DNA of 64,000 bases from an uncultured Oligoflexia bacterium (lineage in GTDB: Bacteria > Bdellovibrionota > UBA1018 > UBA6935), in contig CAXGWU010000004.1 in NCBI GenBank assembly GCA_964013565.1, forward strand, positions 57,491 to 121,490, written 5' to 3'. Each line of letters begins with the position of its first letter. Within the stretch, counting starts at the first letter, position 1. A model generated the notes under the pieces. That model was given only the letters and a program-made list of their open reading frames with translations. It had not been told where the DNA came from and made no database searches. The position numbers were made by a program, and so were the translations under genes. This document shows positions 28,876-38,386 of the stretch, in pieces.

Positions 28876-30407
28876 TCGTTTGCTTGAGTGTGCCTGCTCA
28901 AGCAAGTTTAGATCAAGCAATCCAAGCTTACGATCAAGGGAAATATTTTCAAGCTGCTCGTTATGCTTTTCAAGCAGCGGAGGGATCGAATGCCCAAAAA
29001 GCGAAAGCGTATGCATGGACGAGTGCAGGGTTAATGCAGGCAGGTTTATATCAATCCGCTCTTTATTTCTTTATTCGAACATTAGAAATGAATGATCTAC
29101 CGGCAAAAAGAGTGGTATTGAAACACTCAGAGTCACTTATGCTTCGAGTGGGTTCAGACGTTTTGAGAAATCCGTTGATTCGTTACACGAGTTATAATGA
29201 TTATGATCCAAGAAACCGGAGTGCTTTTTTATACACACGTTCGAGAGAATCTCTTTTAAAAGGGAATATAAAAGATGCAATTAATGAAGTAAACGGTATG
29301 TCTGTTCAAAGTCCTCTTTTTCCTTTTGGTCTAATGGTGAGAGGGACTTCTTTTGCAATTCAAGGAAACCAAAATGCAGCATTAAGTGATTATAAGAAAT
29401 GTGTGCGTATTGCGGATCAAAGTTTAGAAGGCCTTGATCAGAGAAACGAAGGAGAGTTTGTTAATGAAGTGTATATTAAACAAGCGGAAACTCAGTTAGA
29501 CGACCTGAAAGCAAGGTGTCAGGCTGGAGTAGGTCGTGTTCTTTATCAATTCAATCAATTTGAACAGGCTGAGATTGCTTATGATCGAATTTCAAAAGAT
29601 ACGTTTGTCTGGACTGATATTTTATTTGAACAAGCATGGAATGCTTTTGCAAAGAGAGAATATAACCGCTCTTTAGGAAAATTAGTCTCTTATAAAAGTC
29701 CTGCATTGCAGTTTGTTTTTAACTCGGAGGTTGATGTTCTCAGAGCTCAGTCTTATTTGGCTCTTTGTTTGTATTCAGATGCAAATAAAGTCATCAATCA
29801 ATTTAATGCAAAATATGGACGAATCGGAATCGAATTAAACAGGTTTCTAAATCAAAATAAAAAGTCCGTATTGGTTTTTTATCAAAAAGGGAAAAATGCA
29901 TTACAGGGTAAGCTTCATACAAAAAATAAAATGAATAAACTACTAAATCGATTTGTTCGAAGTCCGTATTTTCAAAATTTGGTCCAATCTGAAAACCAGG
30001 TGGTCAGAGAAGCCGCTGCAATGAAGCGTTTTGATCAGTTTTATGCGGGTAAGTATGCGAACTCAAAAAAAGGATTTGTTGGGTTTTTAAATCAGGTATT
30101 AAAATGGAGAGTTCGAACCATTCAAAGGATTGGAGGAACATTTGTCCGAAATAGTCTGATTGATCATCACCAAATATTATTGTCAGATTTTGATAAAATC
30201 GCTTTTATCAAGCTAGAAATGCTACAAAGGGCCAAAGATCGGCTAGTTTATGCTAAGTCAGAGTCTGAAATGAGAACCCGTGGAAATATTGAGCCGAGTC
30301 GAAGAGATGATCAGTACCGCTGGGGTTTTAATGGTGAGTTTTGGAATGATGAAATTGGTGACTATGTTTTTGGTCTGGAGTCTGAGTGTGGAAAAAAAGA
30401 GTCGTAA
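28827..30407 (+). CDS. Exported TPR-like protein in the position of GltC/NfsC
   Basis: It has a signal peptide (ALIVCLSVPAQA). TPR-like helical repeats are visible (YDQGKYFQAARYAF..., YQFNQFEQAEIAYDRI...). The start is uncertain because the GTG at 28827 overlaps the upstream gene by 49 nt. Confidence 0.55.
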   Translation: MVRQLQFQYRRWIPALIVCLSVPAQASLDQAIQAYDQGKYFQAARYAFQAAEGSNAQKAKAYAWTSAGLMQAGLYQSALYFFIRTLEMNDLPAKRVVLKHSESLMLRVGSDVLRNPLIRYTSYNDYDPRNRSAFLYTRSRESLLKGNIKDAINEVNGMSVQSPLFPFGLMVRGTSFAIQGNQNAALSDYKKCVRIADQSLEGLDQRNEGEFVNEVYIKQAETQLDDLKARCQAGVGRVLYQFNQFEQAEIAYDRISKDTFVWTDILFEQAWNAFAKREYNRSLGKLVSYKSPALQFVFNSEVDVLRAQSYLALCLYSDANKVINQFNAKYGRIGIELNRFLNQNKKSVLVFYQKGKNALQGKLHTKNKMNKLLNRFVRSPYFQNLVQSENQVVREAAAMKRFDQFYAGKYANSKKGFVGFLNQVLKWRVRTIQRIGGTFVRNSLIDHHQILLSDFDKIAFIKLEMLQRAKDRLVYAKSESEMRTRGNIEPSRRDDQYRWGFNGEFWNDEIGDYVFGLESECGKKES

Positions 30408-33400
30408 ATTTATTTCTGCTTTTCTTTTAAGTATAATTTGGTGTTCTCCTTCTTGGTCTGCACCTTATTCAGCTTCGGAACTTTTTGCAAATGAAACTTC
30501 CAGAGAAAAAGATCTGAGAGGAATTCGTGATCAAGAAATTCGTCAGATTCAACTGACACTCAAAAGGAAAACAGAAGTTCGTTATCAAGCAGAGCTCTAT
30601 TTTCGGTTAGCTGAAATTTACTTAGAACACTATCGTTCTGCTTTTATTTTAGAAGGAAGAGCGTTTGAAAAACGACTTGCGAGGAATTTAAAGGATAAAA
30701 AAATAGATCGAAGTTATTCGAAACCCTTTATGAAAAAAGGAATCAGTGCTTGTGAAAAAATTCTATCTCTTAAGATTCCTTTTAATAAAATAGATCGAGT
30801 CCATTACTTTTTGGCTTTTTACGCTCAAGAAAGTGGAAATCAAAAAAAAGCAAAATATCACTTTAGTCAGATCATTTCGAAGTACCCAAAAAGTGTTTTT
30901 GTGGCTGAGGCGTATCGTTCGTTAGGGGAGATGGAGTTTAATAAAAATCGATATCGCGCAGCTCAAGTCTATTACGAAAAATCCATTCAAATGGGGAATG
31001 CTGAAACAAGGCCGGGAAGTTACCATAAACTTGCATGGAGTTATTACCGTCAGAAGAGATACCGAGACGCAATCAATATGATGAAAAAAGCAATTTCTGA
31101 GGCTCAAAAGTCTAAAGAAAAGTATTTATCTCTCAAGGAAGAAGGAATGAGAGATATGGCGATTTTCATGGTTGAAGGGGGCAGCGTTAAAGAAGCAGTT
31201 GTTTATTTTGAAAAAGTATCTGGAGATCCAAAAGCGCTTTCAAAAACACTTGAAAGCTTAGGTGCTCAATTTGAACGAACAGGAAGAAAGAAAAAAGCAG
31301 TTGCTGTTTATCAAGCGATTATTGATGCAAAACCTACTCCTGAAGCTGTATTCAGAGCTCGAACTCGGATGATCGATTTAAAAATTCAAAAGAGTCAATA
31401 TACTTCCGCAGCAAAAGACATTCAGAAACTTAAAGGGTCGTCTGAATTTGCTGATGGATTTACTAAGACCGCTTATCTTAATGTAAAGGCGCAGACACGA
31501 AGAGTTGCAACCGAAAGCCATGAGGCTTTTCGAGAAGTGAGAAAGAAAAAAGGAAGTAAAAGTAAAGCAAGATTGTTGTTACAAAGAGCAGAACTTTATT
31601 ATCAAACTTATCTCAATGTTTTTTTAAAAGACCGAGATCCTCGATCTGAATCGAATGAAATTAAAATGTATCTTGCGGATGTAAAGAGACTTCAAGGAAA
31701 AGTTGATGATGCCTCTTCGTTGTATAAGGATGTTTTGGAAGCCGGAGATGATCGTTATTCAAAAGAAGCTGGGAATTTATGGGTAACCTCTCTTGATCAA
31801 AGTGTTCAGCGTTATGCACTTCAGAAGAGTAAGAAAAAGAAAAAATTAAAGGGAAAAACCCCATCGGCAATTGAAAGTGAGTTTGTAAAAGCTTCTGATA
31901 CGTTAAATAAAAATACACCAGGAAGTAAGGAAGCGCTAGAGGCGGGGTTAAAGTCAGCTCAGATTCTCGCGGGATATTCAGATACAAGAAAAGCAGGTTT
32001 GAATCGAGCTCGAACAATAGCGAAACGTTATCCACAGTCTTCTCAAGGGTTGATTGCAGCTCAGCTTTGGGGTCAAATTTTGAGAGAAGATGTTCCTGTT
32101 TTGAATCAAAATAATGCTGATCAATTTGAAGAACGAGTTGAAAACTTGCAAGAAGGTTTGAATGAAATAGGTTCTATTGATGAACTTATTCAAAATGATC
32201 GAAAAAATAACAAATCTAAATTGATGGCTTGGTTGAAAGATACTGAAAAAGAATTAAAGATTGGTTCAATTGAGCTGAATGAAAAGAGAAAAGATTATCA
32301 CAAAGCAGCGAAAGGCTACGAGGTTTACGCTGCGGAAAATAAAGGAAAAGAGGCTGAGAAAGGCTATCAGAACGCTCTTTATAATTATAACTTAGCCGGA
32401 GAAGTCAGTGAATCGGAACGGGTGATTCGTCAATGGATGAATCGATTTCCTAAAAGTAATAAAGCAAAATCAGCATTTAGGAGTTTAGCAACAGAGTATC
32501 TCATTAATGGAAATTTTGATCAGTCTGCAGATTTATTTCATCAAATTTCTGTTCAACAAAGAGACCCATCAGCTCAGCGGACTTCTTATCGAATTTATGA
32601 AGGCCTTGGAAAAAAAGCAGACGAAATGAAACAACTTGAGCTTTATTTGGCTGCTTATAAAACCCGATCTGATCGAGCTTTTGTTCACCGAAGATTAGCT
32701 GCATTGTATGAAGAACAAGGTAACGATGAAAATGCCAAATATCACTATGAACAGTGTAGAAAAATCAAACTTTCTGTTCGAGTAGAATGTCTTGCTCGCC
32801 TAGGTGATCTTTACTTGAGATTGAGTAACGAAAAGGCGGCAAAGATAAATTATCAAAGAGCCGCTGATGTAAGAAAAACAGGGTCACCTTTTGTAGGGTA
32901 TGCTCGATATCAACTCGCTCTTTTGAAAGAGAAAACAGGTGTTTTTTCTCCACTCACACTTCCAGAAAAGAAATTACAACAAGGATTGTCAAAAAGACTT
33001 CAGTTTTTTAATCCACTGAGTAAAGCTTATGGAAAAGCAGTCGAAGCAGGTGGTCCATGGGGGATGGCTGCTCTTCATCGCTTAGCGCTTTGGACATTGA
33101 ATTTCGCAAATGAAGTGGATAAAATCTCTCCTCCAAAAGGAGCGACTGCGGCTCAGATTCAAACGATGAGAAAAACACTCTCTGCGGTAAGTAAACCACT
33201 AAGACAACAAGCTCTTTCGACTTTAAAGCAAGCCTTTGAGCAAGCAAATCGAAAAGAAATTCTGAGTGGGGTGAACTTAGAGGTGGCAGATCAATTGGCT
33301 GATCGAAGGTATCGAGGAGGCTTAAGAGCTCAAGGACCATTTATAGAGATGAGATTGACTGGTCCCCGAGAAAACCGTGAATCTTTGAGTCAAGTCCGCA

Positions 33401-34008
33401 CTGAGTTAAGAAAAAAACCCAGAGATTCTTTTTTATGGATTCGTTATGGGAACGCACTTCTTTTACAAGGGCAACCCAAGTTAGCGATCCTTGCGTATGA
33501 TCAAGCTTTGGGAATTGAAAAAAAGAATGCACGAGCACTGAATAATAAAGCAGTTGCACTCCATTCTTATTCTAAACGTTGGGACTATTTATTGGAGTCA
33601 CAGTCTTTGTTAAAAATGGCGTATCGGACGAACTCTAGGAATGAAGATGTTCACTTTAATTTAGGTACTCTTTATAATGAATACCGACTCTTTAAACCAA
33701 GTTTGAACTTTTGGAAAAAGGCAGTAAAGGAGACTCAAGATCGAGATCACTATCTTGGGTTCGCTGTTGCATTACAGGGAAATGGTAAATTGGGGCCTGC
33801 GATTGTTTATTTTAAAAAGGCCGTTAAAGAAGGATTGGATGAAGATTCTTTTGGTTATGGATTTCACTATGCCGTTCGTGAATCTTTAAAAGGTAAAGAG
33901 GGTGCTCAGAAGTGCGAATCTATTACAAGTGATATTGAAACGAAAAATCTTTTAGAGAAAGAATCGGTGAAAAGACTTGAAATGTCCTGTCATCGGTGGA
34001 GGAAATAA
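30388..34008 (+). CDS. Large exported TPR-repeat protein (about 1200 aa), GltD/AgmU/NfsD-like
   Basis: Many TPR units are present (AELYFRLAEIYLEH, AEAYRSLGEMEFNKNRYRAAQVYYEKSI, WIRYGNALLLQGQPKLAILAYDQALGI...). I chose the GTG at 30388 because GGAG lies 8 nt upstream and it yields the signal peptide KKSRKFISAFLLSIIWCSPSWSA. Alternative starts are at 30364 and 30280. Confidence 0.65.
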   Translation: MEKKSRKFISAFLLSIIWCSPSWSAPYSASELFANETSREKDLRGIRDQEIRQIQLTLKRKTEVRYQAELYFRLAEIYLEHYRSAFILEGRAFEKRLARNLKDKKIDRSYSKPFMKKGISACEKILSLKIPFNKIDRVHYFLAFYAQESGNQKKAKYHFSQIISKYPKSVFVAEAYRSLGEMEFNKNRYRAAQVYYEKSIQMGNAETRPGSYHKLAWSYYRQKRYRDAINMMKKAISEAQKSKEKYLSLKEEGMRDMAIFMVEGGSVKEAVVYFEKVSGDPKALSKTLESLGAQFERTGRKKKAVAVYQAIIDAKPTPEAVFRARTRMIDLKIQKSQYTSAAKDIQKLKGSSEFADGFTKTAYLNVKAQTRRVATESHEAFREVRKKKGSKSKARLLLQRAELYYQTYLNVFLKDRDPRSESNEIKMYLADVKRLQGKVDDASSLYKDVLEAGDDRYSKEAGNLWVTSLDQSVQRYALQKSKKKKKLKGKTPSAIESEFVKASDTLNKNTPGSKEALEAGLKSAQILAGYSDTRKAGLNRARTIAKRYPQSSQGLIAAQLWGQILREDVPVLNQNNADQFEERVENLQEGLNEIGSIDELIQNDRKNNKSKLMAWLKDTEKELKIGSIELNEKRKDYHKAAKGYEVYAAENKGKEAEKGYQNALYNYNLAGEVSESERVIRQWMNRFPKSNKAKSAFRSLATEYLINGNFDQSADLFHQISVQQRDPSAQRTSYRIYEGLGKKADEMKQLELYLAAYKTRSDRAFVHRRLAALYEEQGNDENAKYHYEQCRKIKLSVRVECLARLGDLYLRLSNEKAAKINYQRAADVRKTGSPFVGYARYQLALLKEKTGVFSPLTLPEKKLQQGLSKRLQFFNPLSKAYGKAVEAGGPWGMAALHRLALWTLNFANEVDKISPPKGATAAQIQTMRKTLSAVSKPLRQQALSTLKQAFEQANRKEILSGVNLEVADQLADRRYRGGLRAQGPFIEMRLTGPRENRESLSQVRTELRKKPRDSFLWIRYGNALLLQGQPKLAILAYDQALGIEKKNARALNNKAVALHSYSKRWDYLLESQSLLKMAYRTNSRNEDVHFNLGTLYNEYRLFKPSLNFWKKAVKETQDRDHYLGFAVALQGNGKLGPAIVYFKKAVKEGLDEDSFGYGFHYAVRESLKGKEGAQKCESITSDIETKNLLEKESVKRLEMSCHRWRK

Positions 34009-34010
34009 AG

Positions 34011-34301
34011 ATGAATAGAGTTTATTTAATATTCGGATCTGTATTTTTATTGGGAATGGTATTTTTGTTTGGAGTGATGTTTTTATTTGGTATTCCAGCT
34101 CAAGCAAAAGATAAAAAACCGAAAATTCTTTACCCGAAAGAAACTCAACTTGATTTTGAAGGGGCAGATATCGAAGGAAATGTCAGAAATCCAGGTGAAT
34201 TTTATTTTAAGAATAGACCCCAAGAACGTTTTGATTCGTTAGTAAAGAGAAGAAAAAATTTTCATAGAGAAATGCTTCGAGATGTTGTTCGAGCTCGATA
34301 G
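34011..34301 (+). CDS. Small single-TM protein in the position of GltF/NfsF
   Basis: The ATG at 34011 has GGAGG 8 nt upstream. One TM segment or signal anchor is present (IFGSVFLLGMVFLFGVMFLFGIPAQA). The C-terminal part (LDFEGADIEGNVRNPGEFYF...FDSLVKRRKNFHREM) looks conserved. Confidence 0.55.
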   Translation: MNRVYLIFGSVFLLGMVFLFGVMFLFGIPAQAKDKKPKILYPKETQLDFEGADIEGNVRNPGEFYFKNRPQERFDSLVKRRKNFHREMLRDVVRAR

Positions 34302-34309
34302 GTAAAAAC

Positions 34310-36340
34310 ATGGATAAAAAAGATCATTCAGACGAGCAGAAAGAAATTAGAATTAAAATACCTCATTCGAAAGAAAGTGTCAGTCATGTCGCTGTTTTTG
34401 AGCTGAGGGAAGAAAAAGCTTTGGGAGTTTCATCACAAACTTTTACAGTTCATAAAAAAAGAGTGGTTATCGGCTCAATTGAATCAGCAGATGTTAAACT
34501 TTCTGATGATTCCGTTGCTCCTATTCATGCGGTGGTAGAAATTCATGAAAACCCTGCAGGAGATCATGTTGCTACTATTTATGACCTTGCTTCATCTACT
34601 GGTGTCTATGTAAATGATGCTCCAATTGTAACAGGTTCTCTGTCTCAGGCAGATAAAATTAGAATTGGACATTTCGTTCTTGAGTTTAATGTCAAAGCAG
34701 CAAGTGAGTTTTCTCCAGAGGTTCAGAAAAGAAGACAGTCTTTGCCTGTTTCTCCGCGAGAAGCTGAAGATATTGCTGTTTTAACTTTAGAAGATGAAAG
34801 AGCGATTCATGAAATTTTTGACTTTAAACCGACTCAGAGACCTGCTCTTGAAGTTGTGATGTCTTGGTCTGGAACGATCGTTGATGTTAAACATTTTACT
34901 GATCAGTCTCAAATAAAATGGGGAACAAAAGAGGAATCGGACTTTGGTGTACCTCCTTTGCTTCCTGACTCACAGTACGTTATCGCTACTCGTAGTGGTG
35001 ATCAGTACCTTTTGCATTTAGATCATTCAATGCAAGGGGTGATTCAATCAAAGGGTGAGCTTCGTTCTCTGAAAGATCTTGTAGAGACAATGGCATCAGG
35101 CAGTGGGGGAGCTCAAATTCTACTTGGTAAAGATGATTTTGCTAAAATTTCAGTAGGCGAAATTGATTTTTATTTAAGTTATTCTTCCGCACCACCTGCT
35201 TTGAAGCGAAGAAGAGTTTTTGAAAAAGATCCTTTTTTTATGAAGTTCTTTTTTACATCAATGCTACTTTCTCTTTTTGGGATGATTGGAATTTTTAATA
35301 TTCATATTGAAAAGGAAATTGAGCCTGAGGAGTTACCCGAGAGAATTGCAAAGATTCTCTACCAACCGGAGAAATATACTTCATTCAGAGTACCTCGACC
35401 AAAGGAAAAGAGTAAAACAGTTGTTTCTCAAAAACCAAAACCGCCTAAAAAAGTAAAAGTAGATATTCGCCCTAAAAGACAGAAACCAAAAGAAGTTCCT
35501 AAGGAAATTAAAGTGGCTGTCCAAAAAAAGAAAGCGGTTCCTAAAGCGCTTAAAAAAGCTGCAAAAGAGGGTGAGGGCGCTCGAGCAAAAGGAAAAGAAG
35601 GATCTCGAGGAAGTAGAACAGCGAAACGAGGAGGTAAGCCTCAAAACTTAGCTCACCGACCTTCAGCTCAAGGAGGAAAAGGGCGTGGAGGAGGAAATTC
35701 ACAAGTGCCTAGTATTGGAAACCTTGATTCACTAAAAGGAGCTGGAAAAGCGATTCAGAATCTTTTGGGAAACAGTGGTCAAAAACTTGGAAAAGGTGGA
35801 GAACAGTTAAAAGGTTTTGGCGGATTTACGTCTCAAGGAGCCGGCGGTCTTGGGCTTTCCGGAAGCGGTTTGGGCGGCGGAGGAAAAGCAGATACTTCCC
35901 TGGGTGGCCTTGGAAAAAAAGGGCGTGGCGGAGGAAAAGTCGGTACTGGACTAGGAGCTCAAGGATCTGGTTCTGGTATTATTGGCGGAAAAGGTCGCGA
36001 AGTCCGAATTCGAACAGGTGGGCCTGAAGAAGCGGTTGTTTTGGGTTCTATTGATGCAGACGCTGTTGAAGCAGCTCTCCTTGCACATAAAGATGAGTTT
36101 CGACTTTGTTATGATCGAGAAATTAATGCTGGAAATCCTGACCTTTCAGGACGGGTGAGTACAAGTTTTGTGATTGGTGGATCAGGAAGAGTGAGTAAAG
36201 CTGGAATTGTTTCGAGTTCACTTCGAAATCGAAGTGTAGAGCGTTGTCTTTTGAAAGTGATCAAAAGAATCGACTTTCCAAAGCCTCGTGGAGGTGGAAT
36301 TGTCGAGGTTACGTATCCATTTAAATTTAGACCGACTTAG
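34310..36340 (+). CDS. FHA, TM, Lys/Pro-rich, Gly-rich and AgmX/PglI-type TonB-C-like domain protein (GltG/PglI/NfsG-like)
   Basis: An FHA-like region is present (RVVIGSIESADVKLSDDSVAPIHAVV...GVYVNDAPI...IRIGHFVLEF). One TM segment follows (FFFTSMLLSLFGMIGIFNI). The C-terminus reads FRLCYDREINAGNPDLSGRV...VERCLLKVIKRIDFPKPRGGGIVEVTYPFKF, which is typical of the AgmX/PglI C-terminal domain. Confidence 0.75.
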   Translation: MDKKDHSDEQKEIRIKIPHSKESVSHVAVFELREEKALGVSSQTFTVHKKRVVIGSIESADVKLSDDSVAPIHAVVEIHENPAGDHVATIYDLASSTGVYVNDAPIVTGSLSQADKIRIGHFVLEFNVKAASEFSPEVQKRRQSLPVSPREAEDIAVLTLEDERAIHEIFDFKPTQRPALEVVMSWSGTIVDVKHFTDQSQIKWGTKEESDFGVPPLLPDSQYVIATRSGDQYLLHLDHSMQGVIQSKGELRSLKDLVETMASGSGGAQILLGKDDFAKISVGEIDFYLSYSSAPPALKRRRVFEKDPFFMKFFFTSMLLSLFGMIGIFNIHIEKEIEPEELPERIAKILYQPEKYTSFRVPRPKEKSKTVVSQKPKPPKKVKVDIRPKRQKPKEVPKEIKVAVQKKKAVPKALKKAAKEGEGARAKGKEGSRGSRTAKRGGKPQNLAHRPSAQGGKGRGGGNSQVPSIGNLDSLKGAGKAIQNLLGNSGQKLGKGGEQLKGFGGFTSQGAGGLGLSGSGLGGGGKADTSLGGLGKKGRGGGKVGTGLGAQGSGSGIIGGKGREVRIRTGGPEEAVVLGSIDADAVEAALLAHKDEFRLCYDREINAGNPDLSGRVSTSFVIGGSGRVSKAGIVSSSLRNRSVERCLLKVIKRIDFPKPRGGGIVEVTYPFKFRPT

Positions 36341-36381
36341 AAGAGGGTGATTTTCTTCAAAAAACTCGGTATGCTGCTTCC

Positions 36382-37422
36382 ATGGAAAATACGGAAGATA
36401 TGATCTTTAGGGATACAACGCCAAAGTGGTTTATTGCTCTTCATCAGCAGACTTTGGGTCCCTTTACTGGAAATGAAATTTATCAAAAGATTTTGAAAAA
36501 TGAGCTTTCGTGGGCACACTATGTGTGGACACCTGGAAAGTCAGAATGGGAACGTATTTGTGATACCGCTGAATTTAAACCTGCGGTTCCTCAATCTCCT
36601 CAAGCAGGTTTGATTGAAAAAGCCCAAGCTAAATTAAATGAACAAAAGAAACCTGTCGTAAAAAAAATCTCACCACCTCAAATTCCGAGTGAGGTTTCTG
36701 CGTCGGTCCGAGAGTGGTTTCTTTATTATAACGATTCACAGTTTGGTCCATTTAATCACGCTGAAATTATGCGATCTTTAGAGATCGGAAAAATCAATCC
36801 TCGTGTTCATATTTGGAAAGAAGGATTTGAAGGTTGGGTTCGAATAGAGTCCTTAGACGCTTTTAAAAAAACAATGCCAGCAGGCCCACCTCCGGCACCA
36901 AGTGCTCCTGAGGTAACGGAAGAAATTCAAACGGAATCTTCAAATGACAATCCGGTAGACTTACATCAAAACGAAGAAATCGTTCACACTGAAGATCGAT
37001 CATCAGATGTGGAGACTGATATTTCTGTATCAGAGTCAAAAGAAACAAAAGAGCCAAAGCAAGAACAAGAGGCCCCAAGGATTCCAACTCAGCGTCCAGT
37101 TTCTCATGACTCTGAAGAACAACGCCTCACTCCTCGAGCGCCCTTGGTTGCACGTGTTTTAATGACGGATGAGGGAACGATTATGACCGGAATCTGTAGG
37201 GATATCAGTGTCGGTGGAATGCAAGTTTTAACCGACCGGATTCCAGGTCCTGTGGGAACTGAAATTAAACTGAATGTCAGCCCCTCTGGAGGAGTGATGA
37301 GCCCCTTTGTTGCTATGGGTAAAATTGTTCGTTGGTTAGAAGATGGAAGAGGCTTTAGTTTCAGATTTTATCGCTTAGATGAAGAATCGATGAAAGCCAT
37401 TGAGGAATACATTCGTGGATAG
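36382..37422 (+). CDS. Tandem GYF-type domains, an acidic linker and a canonical PilZ (c-di-GMP receptor) domain
   Basis: Two GYF_2-like modules are present (WFIALHQQTLGPFTGNEI...VWTPGKSEWERI and WFLYYNDSQFGPFNHAEI...IWKEGFEGWVRI). The PilZ motifs are RLTPR (RxxxR) and DISVGG (DxSxxG). Confidence 0.75.
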   Translation: MENTEDMIFRDTTPKWFIALHQQTLGPFTGNEIYQKILKNELSWAHYVWTPGKSEWERICDTAEFKPAVPQSPQAGLIEKAQAKLNEQKKPVVKKISPPQIPSEVSASVREWFLYYNDSQFGPFNHAEIMRSLEIGKINPRVHIWKEGFEGWVRIESLDAFKKTMPAGPPPAPSAPEVTEEIQTESSNDNPVDLHQNEEIVHTEDRSSDVETDISVSESKETKEPKQEQEAPRIPTQRPVSHDSEEQRLTPRAPLVARVLMTDEGTIMTGICRDISVGGMQVLTDRIPGPVGTEIKLNVSPSGGVMSPFVAMGKIVRWLEDGRGFSFRFYRLDEESMKAIEEYIRG

Positions 37423-38386
37423 CACAGAACGGTATTTAGGAACGCTTGTTCCTCCAGAGGGGTTTCCTGGACTTCCTTCAGACTGGGAAGTTGAAACAAA
37501 AGAAATTCGATCTGCTGATGATCGAGTTAGTCTTTTTTCTGTTCATTTTTATAAAAAAAATTCGACTCAAAATCGTGTGCTTTTTGTGATTCATGGGCAA
37601 GGAGAACATAGTGGAAGATATCTTCATTTTCCGCACTATTTGGACGGTGAAATTGACCATGTTTATTCTTATGACTTAAGAGGTCATGGTCGCTCAGAGG
37701 GACTTCGAGGTCATGTTGAAGAAAACTTTGATCAATACGTGGATGATACGGCGTCTGTCTTGGAGATGATCTATGAAGAAAGGATGAAAGACGGGACTCC
37801 TCCTCAGTTTCATGTTTTAGGTCATAGTATGGGAGGCTTAATTTTATTGCGATTACTTTTTAGAAAGACTTCCGTTCCATTGCAGTCGGTATGTATTTCG
37901 GCACCGTTATTGGGACTGGGTTTTGAAGTGCCATGGATTAAAAGATTCGCTGCTCGTACAATTGGAGCATTATGGGGATCTTTACAGCTTAGTTCTGGTC
38001 TGAAAAGAGAGTTACTATCTCATGATCCTGCTGTGGTGAAGGCTCATAAAAAAGATCGATTGAATCATGATCGAGCAACACCCCTCTTTTTTATTTCGCT
38101 TTTGGATGCCATGGAAGAAACGTTAGTGCAGGCAAAGGAAAAAAAAGAATTAGGTGTTCCTGCGCTTTTTTTCCATCCGCTTCATGATGAAATTGTTTCG
38201 CCTGAGAGGACTCAAGCACTTTATGATGCTCTTTCCCTCGGAGAAAAAAAGAAAGTTGAACTTCCGGGTTATTTTCATGAAGGATTTAATGAAGGATGTG
38301 CGGTAGGTGTAGATAAAGATTATGTATTTAAGGAGTTAAGAGAATGGATCGCTTCGCATCAGATTCAGAACAAAAAAAACGATTAA
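37415..38386 (+). CDS. Alpha/beta hydrolase (lysophospholipase / monoacylglycerol lipase-like)
   Basis: Motifs HGQGEHSGRY and the nucleophile elbow GHSMGG are present, with a C-terminal H in GYFHEG. I chose the GTG at 37415 because GAGGA lies 8 nt upstream. The tracked TTG start is at 37400. Confidence 0.8.
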   Translation: MDSTERYLGTLVPPEGFPGLPSDWEVETKEIRSADDRVSLFSVHFYKKNSTQNRVLFVIHGQGEHSGRYLHFPHYLDGEIDHVYSYDLRGHGRSEGLRGHVEENFDQYVDDTASVLEMIYEERMKDGTPPQFHVLGHSMGGLILLRLLFRKTSVPLQSVCISAPLLGLGFEVPWIKRFAARTIGALWGSLQLSSGLKRELLSHDPAVVKAHKKDRLNHDRATPLFFISLLDAMEETLVQAKEKKELGVPALFFHPLHDEIVSPERTQALYDALSLGEKKKVELPGYFHEGFNEGCAVGVDKDYVFKELREWIASHQIQNKKND

